Position numbers and translations under genes: made by a program. Below, piece by piece: positions 1-9,252 of a stretch of DNA of 55,643 bases (the stretch's first letter is position 1; each line of letters begins with the position of its first letter). The notes below the pieces were generated by a model, which ran no database searches, was not told the DNA's origin, and worked only from the letters and a program-made list of their open reading frames with translations. Source of the stretch: Longimicrobiales bacterium (GTDB lineage Bacteria > Gemmatimonadota > Gemmatimonadetes > Longimicrobiales > RSA9). The stretch is from the NCBI GenBank assembly GCA_035513345.1, contig DATKCF010000045.1, positions 1 to 55,643 of the forward strand, read 5' to 3'.

Positions 1-11
1 AGGCGACGACC

Positions 12-817
12 TGACCGACACGAACCGGCGACCCGACCCACGGCGTCCCGCTGCGGCTCCGGAGGGCCAACCAGGAGAAGGTACGCCGGAGCGGCGAGTA
101 CGTCCTGTACTGGATGATCGCGCCCCGGCGAACCCGCTAGAGCTTCGCTTTTGCAGTTCGCGGCCGGCGAGGCGGAGCGGCGTAGGGTCCCGCTGGTCAT
201 TCTCGAGGCGATCCGTTGCGACTACCGCTGGGCGAGCGATCGCCTGCACCGCTTCGCGCTCGACGGGATGGTGGCCAAAGCGGGCCGGTTGGTGGGGCAT
301 GAGCGATGCCGCGGAGGCCTTCCTCGATCAGCTCGTCACCTGGCGCGAGCTCGTGTACAACATGGCCTCCAGGACCGACGACTACGACTCGTTCCGTTCG
401 CTTCCCGCATGGGCTCGCGCCACTCTGAACGATCATCGCGCAGACCCTCGGCCGCACCGCTACTCGATCGACCAGTTCCAGGGCGAGGAAACGCACGATG
501 AGTTGTGGAACGCAGCGCAACGACAGCTCCGGCGCGAGGGCCGCATCCACAACTACCTGCGGATGCTCTGGGGCAAGAAGATCCTGGAATGGACCGACGC
601 CCCCGAGACCGCGCTCGACATCATGATCCACCTCAACAACCGCTGGAGCGTCGACGGCCGCAACCCGAATTCCTGGAGTGGCATCTTCTGGTGCCTCGGC
701 CGTTACGACAGGCCCTGGCCCGAACGCGCCATCTTCGGCAAGGTCCGCAGCATGACGTCCGAATCGACCCGACGGAAGCACTCCGTCAACCGCTACCTCG
801 AGCGCTGCGGTCGATAG
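12..817 (+). pseudogene. Class II CPD photolyase (deoxyribodipyrimidine photo-lyase) remnant. Fragments lie in three frames: N-term 12..140 (frame 3, ends at TAG), a middle piece ~151..300 (frame 1), C-term 299..817 (frame 2). The central ~200 aa are missing.
   Basis: Frame-3 translation 'RLRRANQEKVRRSGEYVLYWMIAPRRTR*' matches the class II photolyase N-terminus (..GDGPVVYWMSRDQR..). Frame 1 has 'WASDRLHRFALDG', matching 'FIADRLDSYGALRND'. The 299..817 ORF has 'FLDQLVTWRELVYN...HNYLRMLWGKKILEW...LNNRWSVDGRNPNSWSGIFWCLG', the FAD-binding C-terminus of class II photolyases. There is no start codon for the N-terminal piece. The total is ~255 aa against ~460 aa expected. Confidence 0.6.
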
Positions 818-822
818 AATGT

Positions 823-861
823 CTTCGCCGTGCGCGCGGGAACGGGCGCGCTCGGGCGAAG
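823..861. terminator. Imperfect GC-rich hairpin between convergent genes, a possible bidirectional terminator
   Basis: cttcgccgtgcgcgc-gggaacgg-gcgcgctcgggcgaag. It sits between the photolyase remnant end (817) and the DsbA-like gene end (919). Confidence 0.35.
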
Positions 862-918
862 CATGTGTCCGTCACGAGGTCGGCGCAGCACGGTCGCTCG
901 AGAAGGCGGCCTACAGCA

Positions 919-1623
919 TCAATCCGTCGGCGGACCTTCGCCGGGGGCAACCGGTCTTGCTGCTCGATCCGCCACGTGCGCCAGCAGCGCCGCGAACGAC
1001 CGGAACTCGAGCCTCGAACCATCAAGGAATACGGTAGGAACGGCTACCACGTTCAGCGCGTCAGCCAGCCGCAGATCCGCTGCAATCCGATCCGCCATCC
1101 GGTTCTGCGACAAACATTTCGCCACCGAGTCCGCTGGCGCACCGGCCCTCGCCGCGGCCGTCAGCATCGGCTCCAGCGGGTCCAACGACGACGACCAGAC
1201 ATGGACCGAACGCTGCAATGCCACGTGCACTTCGCCGGCACGCCCGGCGGAAGCGCCGCAATACGCCACGGCGGCCGCCACCGACCCTCGCGTGTGCGTC
1301 CGTAGCGGACGATGGTGGTAGATCAGCGTGAGCCGGCCCGCGGCTGCCAGTGCGCGCAGAGAATCGCCTGCCTCCACGTCCAGCGCCTGGCATGCTCCGC
1401 ATTCGTAGTCCCCGAATATCCGCAACACCGGCACGGCGCCACCTTTCCAGTACGTGCCGCCGGTGCGTGCCGAACCGACCCGCGGGCCGTCGATCCGGAC
1501 GCCGGCGCCCTGCGTCACTTCCGGGTCGTCGGGTCCGGCAACCGGTACCACCGCGACGGCCGTCCGGGCTCGCGACGCAACGCCGACGAGCCAGCCGCCA
1601 CCGATCGCCGCTGAAAGGAGCAT
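919..1623 (-). CDS. DsbA-family thiol:disulfide oxidoreductase (thioredoxin fold, CGAC active site), membrane-anchored or secreted
   Basis: The ORF is 919..1758. An internal Met at 1623 (MLLSAAIGGGWLVGVAS.. hydrophobic anchor) avoids a 109-nt overlap with the upstream gene. Motifs: 'GDYECGACQ' CxxC motif and a DsbA-like C-terminal region (VPTVFLDG). Confidence 0.65.
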   Translation of the reverse strand: MLLSAAIGGGWLVGVASRARTAVAVVPVAGPDDPEVTQGAGVRIDGPRVGSARTGGTYWKGGAVPVLRIFGDYECGACQALDVEAGDSLRALAAAGRLTLIYHHRPLRTHTRGSVAAAVAYCGASAGRAGEVHVALQRSVHVWSSSLDPLEPMLTAAARAGAPADSVAKCLSQNRMADRIAADLRLADALNVVAVPTVFLDGSRLEFRSFAALLAHVADRAARPVAPGEGPPTD

Positions 1624-1649
1624 CGCTGTCGTAAACCACGCCCTCCCCG

Positions 1650-2669
1650 TCACGGACCCTCCGCCGTGAGTTCGTAGACGAACAGACTGTCCCGATGAAG
1701 CACGATGAGACGGCTGCCAGCCAGTACCGCGCTCCTCGTCCCCTTCAATGGGGCCCATTCCGTGTCGTCGCGCGGCATGACGATCCGTTGCGCTTCGTAC
1801 GTGTGCGGATCGATCACGAAACCCGCCGTCAGACCCACCCGCGAGAGCAGGAGCAACCGGCCATCACGCGCGGCCTTCAGCGTACCTGTGGTGATACCAA
1901 CCAGTCTGTATCCGCTGCGCGCCATTGACTCGATGGTCGCTTCCGATCTGGCGTTCAGCGAATCCCGGTGCACCTCCGGCAGCGCCAGCCGCAGCCGCAG
2001 TTCGCCCGAAGGATCGAACTTGTGCAGCTGTAGCGTCGTTTCATCGAATACGTGAACCGTGTCGCCAGCCGTAACCGCGACGTGCGGCGGACGATCCTTC
2101 TGCCCGAACATGTCCGTCCCGCCGAACGTCGTGTCCCGGACCCCGAATGGCACGACTCCCGACTCGCCTCCCACCACGTACGCAAAGTGTGATTCCAGCC
2201 TCGCCGGTATCACGATCGCTCCATCCGACCGGACGCCGAACGTCATTGCCGAGTGAGGTGAACCGACCGTGCGAACCAGCGCGCCCGCGTGGTCCAACTC
2301 CGTGAACCGGCTGTTGCCGATGTCCACCACCATCAGGCCGTTCGCCGTTTCCCTGACCGCCACCGGTCCCTCGAACTCGCCCGGCCCTCTGCCCGTTCGG
2401 CCGGTTGTCCAGATCGGTGACAGCGACGTGTCGAGAAGAACGATCCTGTCGTTGCCGTTGTCGACAACCGCGATCGCATCCTCGATCAGTTCAATGTCCT
2501 GGCTGCGATACAGTTCCGTCTCCGGCCCGCCGCCGACCGGACCCTGCTCGATGATCCGCGATGCCACGAGTGCAACACCCTCTACCATCTCTTCCAGCGG
2601 CTCGCCCGGCCGACCACCGCACGCGATCGCCAGTGCCACAACCGCTGTCATGCTGCTCCGAGTGATCAT
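1650..2669 (-). CDS. Lipoprotein with a predicted beta-propeller (NHL/TolB-like) fold, function unknown
   Basis: The start was taken at the Met at 2669 (MITRSSMTAVVALAIACGG, lipobox LAIAC), preceded by aggaag. There are repeated blade-like segments (..VVDNGNDRIVLLD.., ..LMVVDIGNSRFTELD.., ..VHVFDETTLQLHKFD..). Confidence 0.55.
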   Translation of the reverse strand: MITRSSMTAVVALAIACGGRPGEPLEEMVEGVALVASRIIEQGPVGGGPETELYRSQDIELIEDAIAVVDNGNDRIVLLDTSLSPIWTTGRTGRGPGEFEGPVAVRETANGLMVVDIGNSRFTELDHAGALVRTVGSPHSAMTFGVRSDGAIVIPARLESHFAYVVGGESGVVPFGVRDTTFGGTDMFGQKDRPPHVAVTAGDTVHVFDETTLQLHKFDPSGELRLRLALPEVHRDSLNARSEATIESMARSGYRLVGITTGTLKAARDGRLLLLSRVGLTAGFVIDPHTYEAQRIVMPRDDTEWAPLKGTRSAVLAGSRLIVLHRDSLFVYELTAEGP

Positions 2670-2948
2670 CACGTAAGCCTTCCTTTCAGGTCCTGTTCGA
2701 TGGAAGCCGATCTCGCGATCGTCGACCATCGCGACGACCGTTCGTTCCGGTCCGTTTTCCTGGACGGACTCACGATTGCCGGTTGCATGGCGCACGGCCA
2801 TGGCAGTTTGGGCCTGATTCGACGGGTGCCTTCACACCACGCGAGTCCTGCGCACCACGTCCGGCAAACGCACTCCGCGCGCCGCGGACGTGGCCGGACG
2901 CGAGGTAGCGGGCGAGCCCCGACCCGACTCGCCCGCCAGCCCTCACAT

Positions 2949-3260
2949 TCAGATCGGCGTGTAGGTCCGGCAGTCAATGGACCGCACATCGCCGTTTCCC
3001 ATGTCGTAGTATCCGACCTCGAACGTCGATGTGATGGTGAAGGTGATGGTGCTTCCGAGGTTGCCGGGGGTGGCCTGGATCACGTACGTGTTGGTCGTTG
3101 TTCTGGACTCCGTGCCGATCAGAAAGCCCATGCCGGGTTCCGCATAGAACGCGGTCGAGATGTACTCCGAGCACGGGAGCGACCGCGCGGCTGCCGGCGT
3201 GACCAGGGCTGCGCCTGCTGAAGCGAGGAACGCGAGTGCGAACAGGATGGAGCGAATCAT
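2949..3260 (-). CDS. Small secreted hypothetical protein (103 aa, signal peptide, 2 Cys)
   Basis: N-terminus MIRSILFALAFLASAGAALVTPAAA (Sec signal). A good RBS (ggagg) lies 7 nt upstream of the ATG. Ser/Thr-rich mature region. Confidence 0.5.
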   Translation of the reverse strand: MIRSILFALAFLASAGAALVTPAAARSLPCSEYISTAFYAEPGMGFLIGTESRTTTNTYVIQATPGNLGSTITFTITSTFEVGYYDMGNGDVRSIDCRTYTPI

Positions 3261-3568
3261 CGTAGTACCTCCTGTGGCGTCCGGAACCCGTCCGGGCGCA
3301 TTGCTGATTCTCTCCTCCTCGCGAGATCGGCCGGCCGTGCCCGTCTGGAGAGCCGCCGACGACCGGCGACGCGTCTTTCGAAGGCATGGCGCGGACCATA
3401 CCGTACGGATCCGGCTATCGTCATTCGCATCAATGTCTTGCCGCCCATATCCGGCATCTGTCGACGGGTGCTCATCGACCGTTTTCGCGCGCTTCTGAGC
3501 GGCAGTTCCGGAAGGTTGCGACGGGTCGCTGCCGGGCGAATGAGGACTGCCCGGTTACATTCCCGCGC

Positions 3569-4264
3569 ATGAACGGAGCAACGACAACCGGGACAGCGCG
3601 ACTCGATCAGTTGCGCAAGTCGTTCCGGGAAGGTGACACGGAACACGTGGTCCTGGACGGCGTGTCGGCGACGATCGCGGCAGGCGAGTTCGTCGTGCTG
3701 CTCGGACCGAGCGGATCTGGCAAGTCGACGCTCCTGAACATCGTGGGCGGCATGGACGTGCCCGACACGGGGACCGTGACTGTGGATGGCGAAAATCTGA
3801 CGGCAGTGGACGAGCGGGCGCGGACGCTGTTTCGCCGTGCGCGGCTGGGCTTCGTCTTCCAGTTCTTCAACCTGATCCCGACGCTGACGGTGGAGGAGAA
3901 TCTGCTTCTGCCGCTCGAGTTGAACGGGCGCGAAGCGGAACGCGGCCGTGTTGGCGAGTTGCTGGCGCGTATCGGCCTGGCGAACCGTGCGGCTGCGTTT
4001 CCGGATCGTCTTTCAGGCGGCGAGCAGCAGCGCATCGCGATTGCCCGGGCTCTGATACACGAGCCGTCGATCGTGCTGGCCGACGAGCCGACGGGCAATC
4101 TCGATGGCGACAATGCGGAGACGGTGCTCGATGTTCTCGAATCGATGACGCGCACGGCCGGCCGCACACTGATCGTCGTCACGCACAGCGACCGCATCGT
4201 CGAGCGCGCCGACCGTGTACTCGCGCTTCGCCACGGCCGACTGGAAGAGCGACGCTCGACATGA
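3569..4264 (+). CDS. ABC transporter ATP-binding protein (MacB/LolD-type, AttE-like)
   Basis: Walker A GPSGSGKST, signature LSGGEQQRIAIARAL, Walker B IVLADEPTGNLD. The start was chosen at the Met at 3569 (MNGATTTGTARLDQLRKSF). The stop overlaps the next start (ATGA at 4261). Confidence 0.9.
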   Translation: MNGATTTGTARLDQLRKSFREGDTEHVVLDGVSATIAAGEFVVLLGPSGSGKSTLLNIVGGMDVPDTGTVTVDGENLTAVDERARTLFRRARLGFVFQFFNLIPTLTVEENLLLPLELNGREAERGRVGELLARIGLANRAAAFPDRLSGGEQQRIAIARALIHEPSIVLADEPTGNLDGDNAETVLDVLESMTRTAGRTLIVVTHSDRIVERADRVLALRHGRLEERRST

Positions 4265-6852
4265 CCGGCGTTGTCGGAACCGGCCGCCTTGCGAGCAGGC
4301 AACGACGCGGCTCACGACCCGGCCAGCTGTTGCGCCTGTCGAGCGCACGGTTCTTCCGCCGCCATCCGTGGCAGGCAGCCCTCGCCGTAGTCGGTATTGC
4401 ACTCGGCGTCGGCGTCGTAGTGGCCGTCGATCTCGCGACATCCAGTTCGCGGCGGGCGTTCGAGCTGTCGGCCGAAGCCGTCTTCGGCACGACCTCGCAT
4501 CAGGTGCTTCCCGGACCGGGCGGCCTGTCGGATACGGCATACGTTCGCATACGCCTCCAGCACGCGGTCGATGCCGCGCCGGTCGTCGAAGTGCGTGGCG
4601 CGATCGAGAGTCCGTTCGCTTCGCGCGCCGTCCGATTGCTCGGCGTCGATCCGTTCGCTGATGCGCCGTTCCGGCCGTGGACCGATGCGCGGGGCGACTT
4701 CGATGTCACGGCTGTGCTGACCCGGCCCGGTGCGCTCGTGCTGCCGCTCGAGCTGGCCGACGCGCTGTCGCTCGCGCCCGGCGATTCATTCACGATCACA
4801 GTCGCCGGATCGACACACGATGTCTGGCTGGCCGGCATCCTGCGCCCCCGCGATGCGCTGAGCCGGCGCGCGCTGTCCGACCTCGCGCTCGCCGACATCT
4901 CGACCGCTCAGGAGATCGGCGGCCGGCTCGGCCGGCTCGACCGCATCGACCTTCGCGTTCCCGCCGATGATCCCGTGCTTCTCGATTCAATCAGAGCGAC
5001 ACTGCCCGCTGGCGCCCAGATCGTCGAATCGGGCGCACGCACCGAGAGCACGGCCGCAATGGCACGTGCATTCGAGCTCAACCTCGGCGCGTTCACGCTC
5101 ATCACGCTTGCCTTCGGCGCGCTCCTCATATACGACGTCATGGCCTTCTCCGTGGTGCAACGGCGGAAGCTCATCGGCCTGTTGCGAGCGCTCGGCGTCA
5201 CTCGACGCGAGATACTGCGAGTCCTGTTGCGGGAAGCACTGCTCATCGGCATGCTCGCTACTGTGCTCGGCATGGCGCTCGGCATTGTCCTCGGCGCCGG
5301 CCTTGTCAGGCTCGTCGCGCGAACGGTCAATGATCTCTACTTCGCGGTCTCGGTGTCGGGTGTCGACATCGGGCCGTTGACAATCCTCAAGGCCATCGCT
5401 CTCGGTGTCGGCGCGACAGTCGCCGCTTCGATTCCGGCGGTCAGGGAAGCGACCGGCATCGCGCCGCGCGCCGCACTCGTCCGATCCGTCCTCGAATCGT
5501 CCGCGCGAGCGGGCGTCAGACGGGCCGCTCTCGCCGGATTCGTGCTGCTCGTCCCATCCGTTGCCCTGGCCATTGCGCCCGGCCGCAGCATCGTGATCGG
5601 CTTCGTCGCCCTGTTCGGTGTCGTCGGTGCAGCGGCGCTCCTCGCGCCGGCCGGTACCGTGGTGCTCATGCGGGTGCTCCGACCACTCGCGGCGCGTGTC
5701 GCGGGAACCGCGGGCAACATGGCCGTTCGTGGCGTGACCGCCACGCTCAGCCGCACCGGTCCCGCCGTGGCTGCGCTCATGGTAGCTGTTTCGATCGGCG
5801 CCGCGGTCGGCATCATGGTCACGAGTTTCCGCGGCAGTGTCGAGCAGTGGCTCGGGACATCGCTGGTCGCGGACATCTACGTCGCCTCGCCATCACCCGG
5901 TACGCGCGGCGAAGGCACACTCGACCCGGCCGCGATCGCGATCATTCGCGACGTGCCCGGCATCGCCGGCATCAGCACGTACCGCCACGCCGACATCGTC
6001 TACGGCGATGGCGATATCCGCATCATCGGCGTCGACCTGTTCGCACCCCACCGTGCCGCGTTCACATTCATCGACACCGATGCCGACGACGCGTGGATCG
6101 CGTTCGATGACGGAGCACTGCTCGTTTCCGAGTCGTTCGCCTACCGGCATTCGGTCGGCGCGGGCGACACCCTGATCCTCACCACTGATAGTGGTCCGCG
6201 GCCCTTCCCGGTCGCCGCCACGTACCGCGACTACGCCAGCGAGTTCGGTATACTGTTCCTCGACCGCCGGGCGTGGAACACATTCTGGAACGACAACGCC
6301 ATCTCATCGCTCGCCGTCTTCGCTGACGACGAAGTGAACGCCGATGCGCTGCTCGAGCGGATCCGCGAGCGAACGGCCGCGCATGAGCCTCTGTACATCC
6401 GCTCGAATCGCGGCCTGCGCGACGCCACACTCGAGGTCTTCGATCGCACATTCGCGATCACCGGTGTGCTGCGGGCGCTCGCACTCATTGTCGCGTTTGT
6501 CGGCGTCCTCTCGGCTCTCATGGCGCTCCAGCTCGAGCGCGCTCACGAGATCGGTGTGCTGCGCGCTACCGGCCTCACGCCACGACAGGTCGGCGCCCTC
6601 GTCGCGTCACAGACCGGCCTGCTCGGCCTCGCCGCCGGCATCCTTGCCGTGCCGCTCGCTCTCGTGCTCGCATGGCTCCTGATCCACGTCATCAACCGGC
6701 GATCCTTCGGCTGGTCCGTCGACATGGTCACCGACACTTCCGGCATCGCGGCCGCCGTCGCCGTCGCCATCATCGCCGCCCTGCTCGCCGGCATCTATCC
6801 CGCGTGGCGCATGTCGCGTACGCCGCCCGCCGCCGCGCTGAGGAACGAATGA
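4261..6852 (+). CDS. ABC transporter permease with duplicated FtsX domains (MacB-like, AttF/G-like), 863 aa
   Basis: Two FtsX-type 4-TM modules separated by large periplasmic domains. Translationally coupled to the upstream ATPase and the downstream gene (overlapping ATG/TGA). Confidence 0.9.
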   Translation: MTGVVGTGRLASRQRRGSRPGQLLRLSSARFFRRHPWQAALAVVGIALGVGVVVAVDLATSSSRRAFELSAEAVFGTTSHQVLPGPGGLSDTAYVRIRLQHAVDAAPVVEVRGAIESPFASRAVRLLGVDPFADAPFRPWTDARGDFDVTAVLTRPGALVLPLELADALSLAPGDSFTITVAGSTHDVWLAGILRPRDALSRRALSDLALADISTAQEIGGRLGRLDRIDLRVPADDPVLLDSIRATLPAGAQIVESGARTESTAAMARAFELNLGAFTLITLAFGALLIYDVMAFSVVQRRKLIGLLRALGVTRREILRVLLREALLIGMLATVLGMALGIVLGAGLVRLVARTVNDLYFAVSVSGVDIGPLTILKAIALGVGATVAASIPAVREATGIAPRAALVRSVLESSARAGVRRAALAGFVLLVPSVALAIAPGRSIVIGFVALFGVVGAAALLAPAGTVVLMRVLRPLAARVAGTAGNMAVRGVTATLSRTGPAVAALMVAVSIGAAVGIMVTSFRGSVEQWLGTSLVADIYVASPSPGTRGEGTLDPAAIAIIRDVPGIAGISTYRHADIVYGDGDIRIIGVDLFAPHRAAFTFIDTDADDAWIAFDDGALLVSESFAYRHSVGAGDTLILTTDSGPRPFPVAATYRDYASEFGILFLDRRAWNTFWNDNAISSLAVFADDEVNADALLERIRERTAAHEPLYIRSNRGLRDATLEVFDRTFAITGVLRALALIVAFVGVLSALMALQLERAHEIGVLRATGLTPRQVGALVASQTGLLGLAAGILAVPLALVLAWLLIHVINRRSFGWSVDMVTDTSGIAAAVAVAIIAALLAGIYPAWRMSRTPPAAALRNE

Positions 6853-8060
6853 GCTGGAGTATCGGCGTGCGAACCCGGCTCGCAATGTCCCGCTTCGTCG
6901 TGGCCACGGTCGCGATCGCCGCCATCGGATACGTCGCATTCCATCTGTTCATACCGGACGAGATCTCGCCTGTACGCGCGGCTCTGTCCATCGGTGAAAC
7001 GCTCGGCGGCGCGAACACGGCCGGCCATGACCTCGCGCTCGAACCGCGGCCGTTCTCCTTTCCCGCCGATCACGGACCACACCCCGGCTTCCGCAATGAA
7101 TGGTGGTACGTCACCGGCAACGTCGACGGCGCCGACGGCCACCGCTTCGGTTATCAGATCACCCTGTTCCGCACCGCCCTTTCGCCAGACATGATCCAGC
7201 GCGAATCGGCGTGGGCCACACGACAGGCGTGGATGGCGCATTTCGCGATCACGGATGTGCGCGCCGGCCGCTTCCACGCGTTCGAGCGCTTCGCGCGCGG
7301 CACCCTCGGACTCGCTGGCGGCCAGACCACGCCATTCCGTGTCCACGCAGGCGGCTGGTCGATCGAGTCGGCCGATCCGGCCGGCTTCTTCCCGCTGCGG
7401 GTTCGTGCACGCGAAGGCGACGTTTCCATCGACCTGGTGCTCGGCGAGGGCAAGCCGCTGGTGCTCAACGGAGACTCCGGGCTCAGCAGAAAAGGCGGCG
7501 CGCCCGGCAATGCGTCGTACTACTATTCGTTCACCCGGTTGCCGACCTCCGGCATCGTGGCCGTCGACGGACGCAGCCACACCATCACCGGCCAGTCCTG
7601 GATCGACCGCGAGTGGAGCACCAGCGCGCTCGCGGACAGTGTCTCCGGCTGGGACTGGTTCGCCATCCAGCTCGCTGACACCACGGAGCTCATGGTGTAC
7701 AGGCTCCGCCGGGACGACGGCTCGACCGATCCGTTCAGCGCAGGCACCTTCATCGCGGCCGATGGCTCGGCCGTCACGCTGCGTGCCACGGATTTCTCCA
7801 TCGATCCAACCGCCGAATGGACCAGCCCGATCGACGGAACTGCATACCCGGGCGCCTGGTCCATTCGTGTGTTCCCCGCTGACCTCACGATCGACGTGCA
7901 CCCCGTCATCGCCGATCAGGAGCACACGGGATCGTTCCGTTACTGGGAAGGCGCTGTCGACGCCACCGGAACGCGAGCTGGCGTGCCCGTGCGGGGTCGC
8001 GGCTACGTCGAGCTGACCGGCTACAACGGTGGCGTCAGCAGCAACCGCATCGCTCGCTGA
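6849..8060 (+). CDS. AttH-like / CrtC-like (hydroxyneurosporene synthase family) lipocalin-domain protein
   Basis: The start is at the Met at 6849, overlapping the permease stop. It has an N-terminal TM/signal and the motif 'HPGFRNEWWYVTGNV...GYQITLFR' typical of the CrtC/AttH N-domain, plus 'SWIDREWS'. This is the classic attEFGH-like arrangement after ABC ATPase + FtsX permease. Confidence 0.75.
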   Translation: MSWSIGVRTRLAMSRFVVATVAIAAIGYVAFHLFIPDEISPVRAALSIGETLGGANTAGHDLALEPRPFSFPADHGPHPGFRNEWWYVTGNVDGADGHRFGYQITLFRTALSPDMIQRESAWATRQAWMAHFAITDVRAGRFHAFERFARGTLGLAGGQTTPFRVHAGGWSIESADPAGFFPLRVRAREGDVSIDLVLGEGKPLVLNGDSGLSRKGGAPGNASYYYSFTRLPTSGIVAVDGRSHTITGQSWIDREWSTSALADSVSGWDWFAIQLADTTELMVYRLRRDDGSTDPFSAGTFIAADGSAVTLRATDFSIDPTAEWTSPIDGTAYPGAWSIRVFPADLTIDVHPVIADQEHTGSFRYWEGAVDATGTRAGVPVRGRGYVELTGYNGGVSSNRIAR

Positions 8061-8064
8061 CGAA

Positions 8065-8093
8065 CTGGAGGTCCCGATTTTTCGGGTCTCCAG
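8065..8093 (+). terminator. Hairpin immediately after the attH-like stop (ctggaggtcccga-ttttt-cgggtctccag)
   Basis: Imperfect 12-bp stem with a T5 loop 5 nt after the stop codon. There is no trailing U-tract, so the terminator function is uncertain. Confidence 0.3.
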
Positions 8094-8213
8094 AGTCCAA
8101 CTCCCACAAGCGTTTCCACGATCCGACCGACCGGTCGGCACGACCCGTGCGTCCTCCGTCCGGACCGCCCGGCGCAGCGCGCCCGGCTCCCGCACCCAGC
8201 AGGAGAACAACCG

Positions 8214-9149
8214 ATGAAACGTTTCGCCTTCCTCACGCCGTTCGCTCTCGCGGGTCTTCTCGTCGCTTGCGAAAGCGATGTCGACGCCCCTGAAACCGTG
8301 AGGCTGTCCGTGCTGTTGACTGACGCGCCGGGCGATTTCTCGGCGGCCGTCGTCACCATCTCGAGCATCTATCTGCAGGGACACGCCACCGACGATGAGC
8401 CGGGCGGCCGCGTGATCCTGCGCAGTGAGCCGGTCACGACGGACCTGCTCACGCTGGCCAATGACTTCGTGACGCTCGTCGACGGAGTGAGTGTTCCGGA
8501 AGGACTGTATGGCCAGCTCCGCTTCGTCATCGACGGCGCGTACATCGTGGTCGAGACGGAAACGGGCGAGACGGTATACGCGACGCCCGATTACGATGCG
8601 GCCCCCGCGCAGGTCGACGGCACTCTGCTGTGTCCGAGCTGCGCACAGACCGGCATCAAGGTCAACCTCGTGGGTGGCATGACGCTGGGCCTCGAGGACG
8701 AGACGATACTCGTCGACTTCGATGTGTCCGAGACGTTCGGGCACCAGGCCGGTAATTCCGGCCAGTGGATCATGCACCCGTCGCTTAAGGCAGCAGCCTT
8801 CGAGGACGCGGCTTCAATCGACGTGTCACTCGATCTGGGCGCGGGCGTTACGCTTCCGCTTCTCGGTTCGGCCCTCGTCACGCTCGCCGACTTCCGGGTC
8901 GAGCTGCGCGGCGAGGACGCGGAAGCCGCCGCGACCGGCGAGATCGCTGCCTTCACGGATGCGAACTCGGATGGACAGTTCGAAGTCAGCTTCAGCCATG
9001 TCGTGCCGGGGAACTACATGCTCGTCCTGCACGGACCACCCGGCATCTTTTTCGGCACGAGCCCCGCTCTGCCAATGAACGTGTCGATCCCGTCGAGGGC
9101 ATCCGCGACGGCCGACTTCATCATCACGTCCGCCGCAACCGCCAACTGA
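8214..9149 (+). CDS. DUF4382-like lipoprotein (secreted, unknown function)
   Basis: RBS aggaga 6 nt upstream. Lipobox LLVAC. An N-terminal 'LSVLLTDAPGDF' segment is characteristic of DUF4382. Confidence 0.6.
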   Translation: MKRFAFLTPFALAGLLVACESDVDAPETVRLSVLLTDAPGDFSAAVVTISSIYLQGHATDDEPGGRVILRSEPVTTDLLTLANDFVTLVDGVSVPEGLYGQLRFVIDGAYIVVETETGETVYATPDYDAAPAQVDGTLLCPSCAQTGIKVNLVGGMTLGLEDETILVDFDVSETFGHQAGNSGQWIMHPSLKAAAFEDAASIDVSLDLGAGVTLPLLGSALVTLADFRVELRGEDAEAAATGEIAAFTDANSDGQFEVSFSHVVPGNYMLVLHGPPGIFFGTSPALPMNVSIPSRASATADFIITSAATAN

Positions 9150-9191
9150 TCCGGCAGGCCGGCACCCTGCTCGCCTCAGGCTGATCGATCG

Positions 9192-9227
9192 GAAGGGCGG
9201 CTCCCATTGCTGCGGGGCCGCCCTTCC
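9192..9227. terminator. Perfect 10-bp inverted repeat (gaagggcggc...gccgcccttc) between convergent genes
   Basis: Located between the DUF4382 stop (9149) and the permease stop (9253). No clear U-tract on either strand. Confidence 0.4.
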
Positions 9228-9252
9228 CGTGTCGGTCATGACAACCCGGCGA

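Noticed and set aside
1624-1758. Upstream 45 codons of the DsbA-like ORF (start at 1758)
   Set aside because: It would overlap the preceding gene's 3' end by 109 nt. The internal Met at 1623 begins the hydrophobic anchor and gives a normal intergenic gap.
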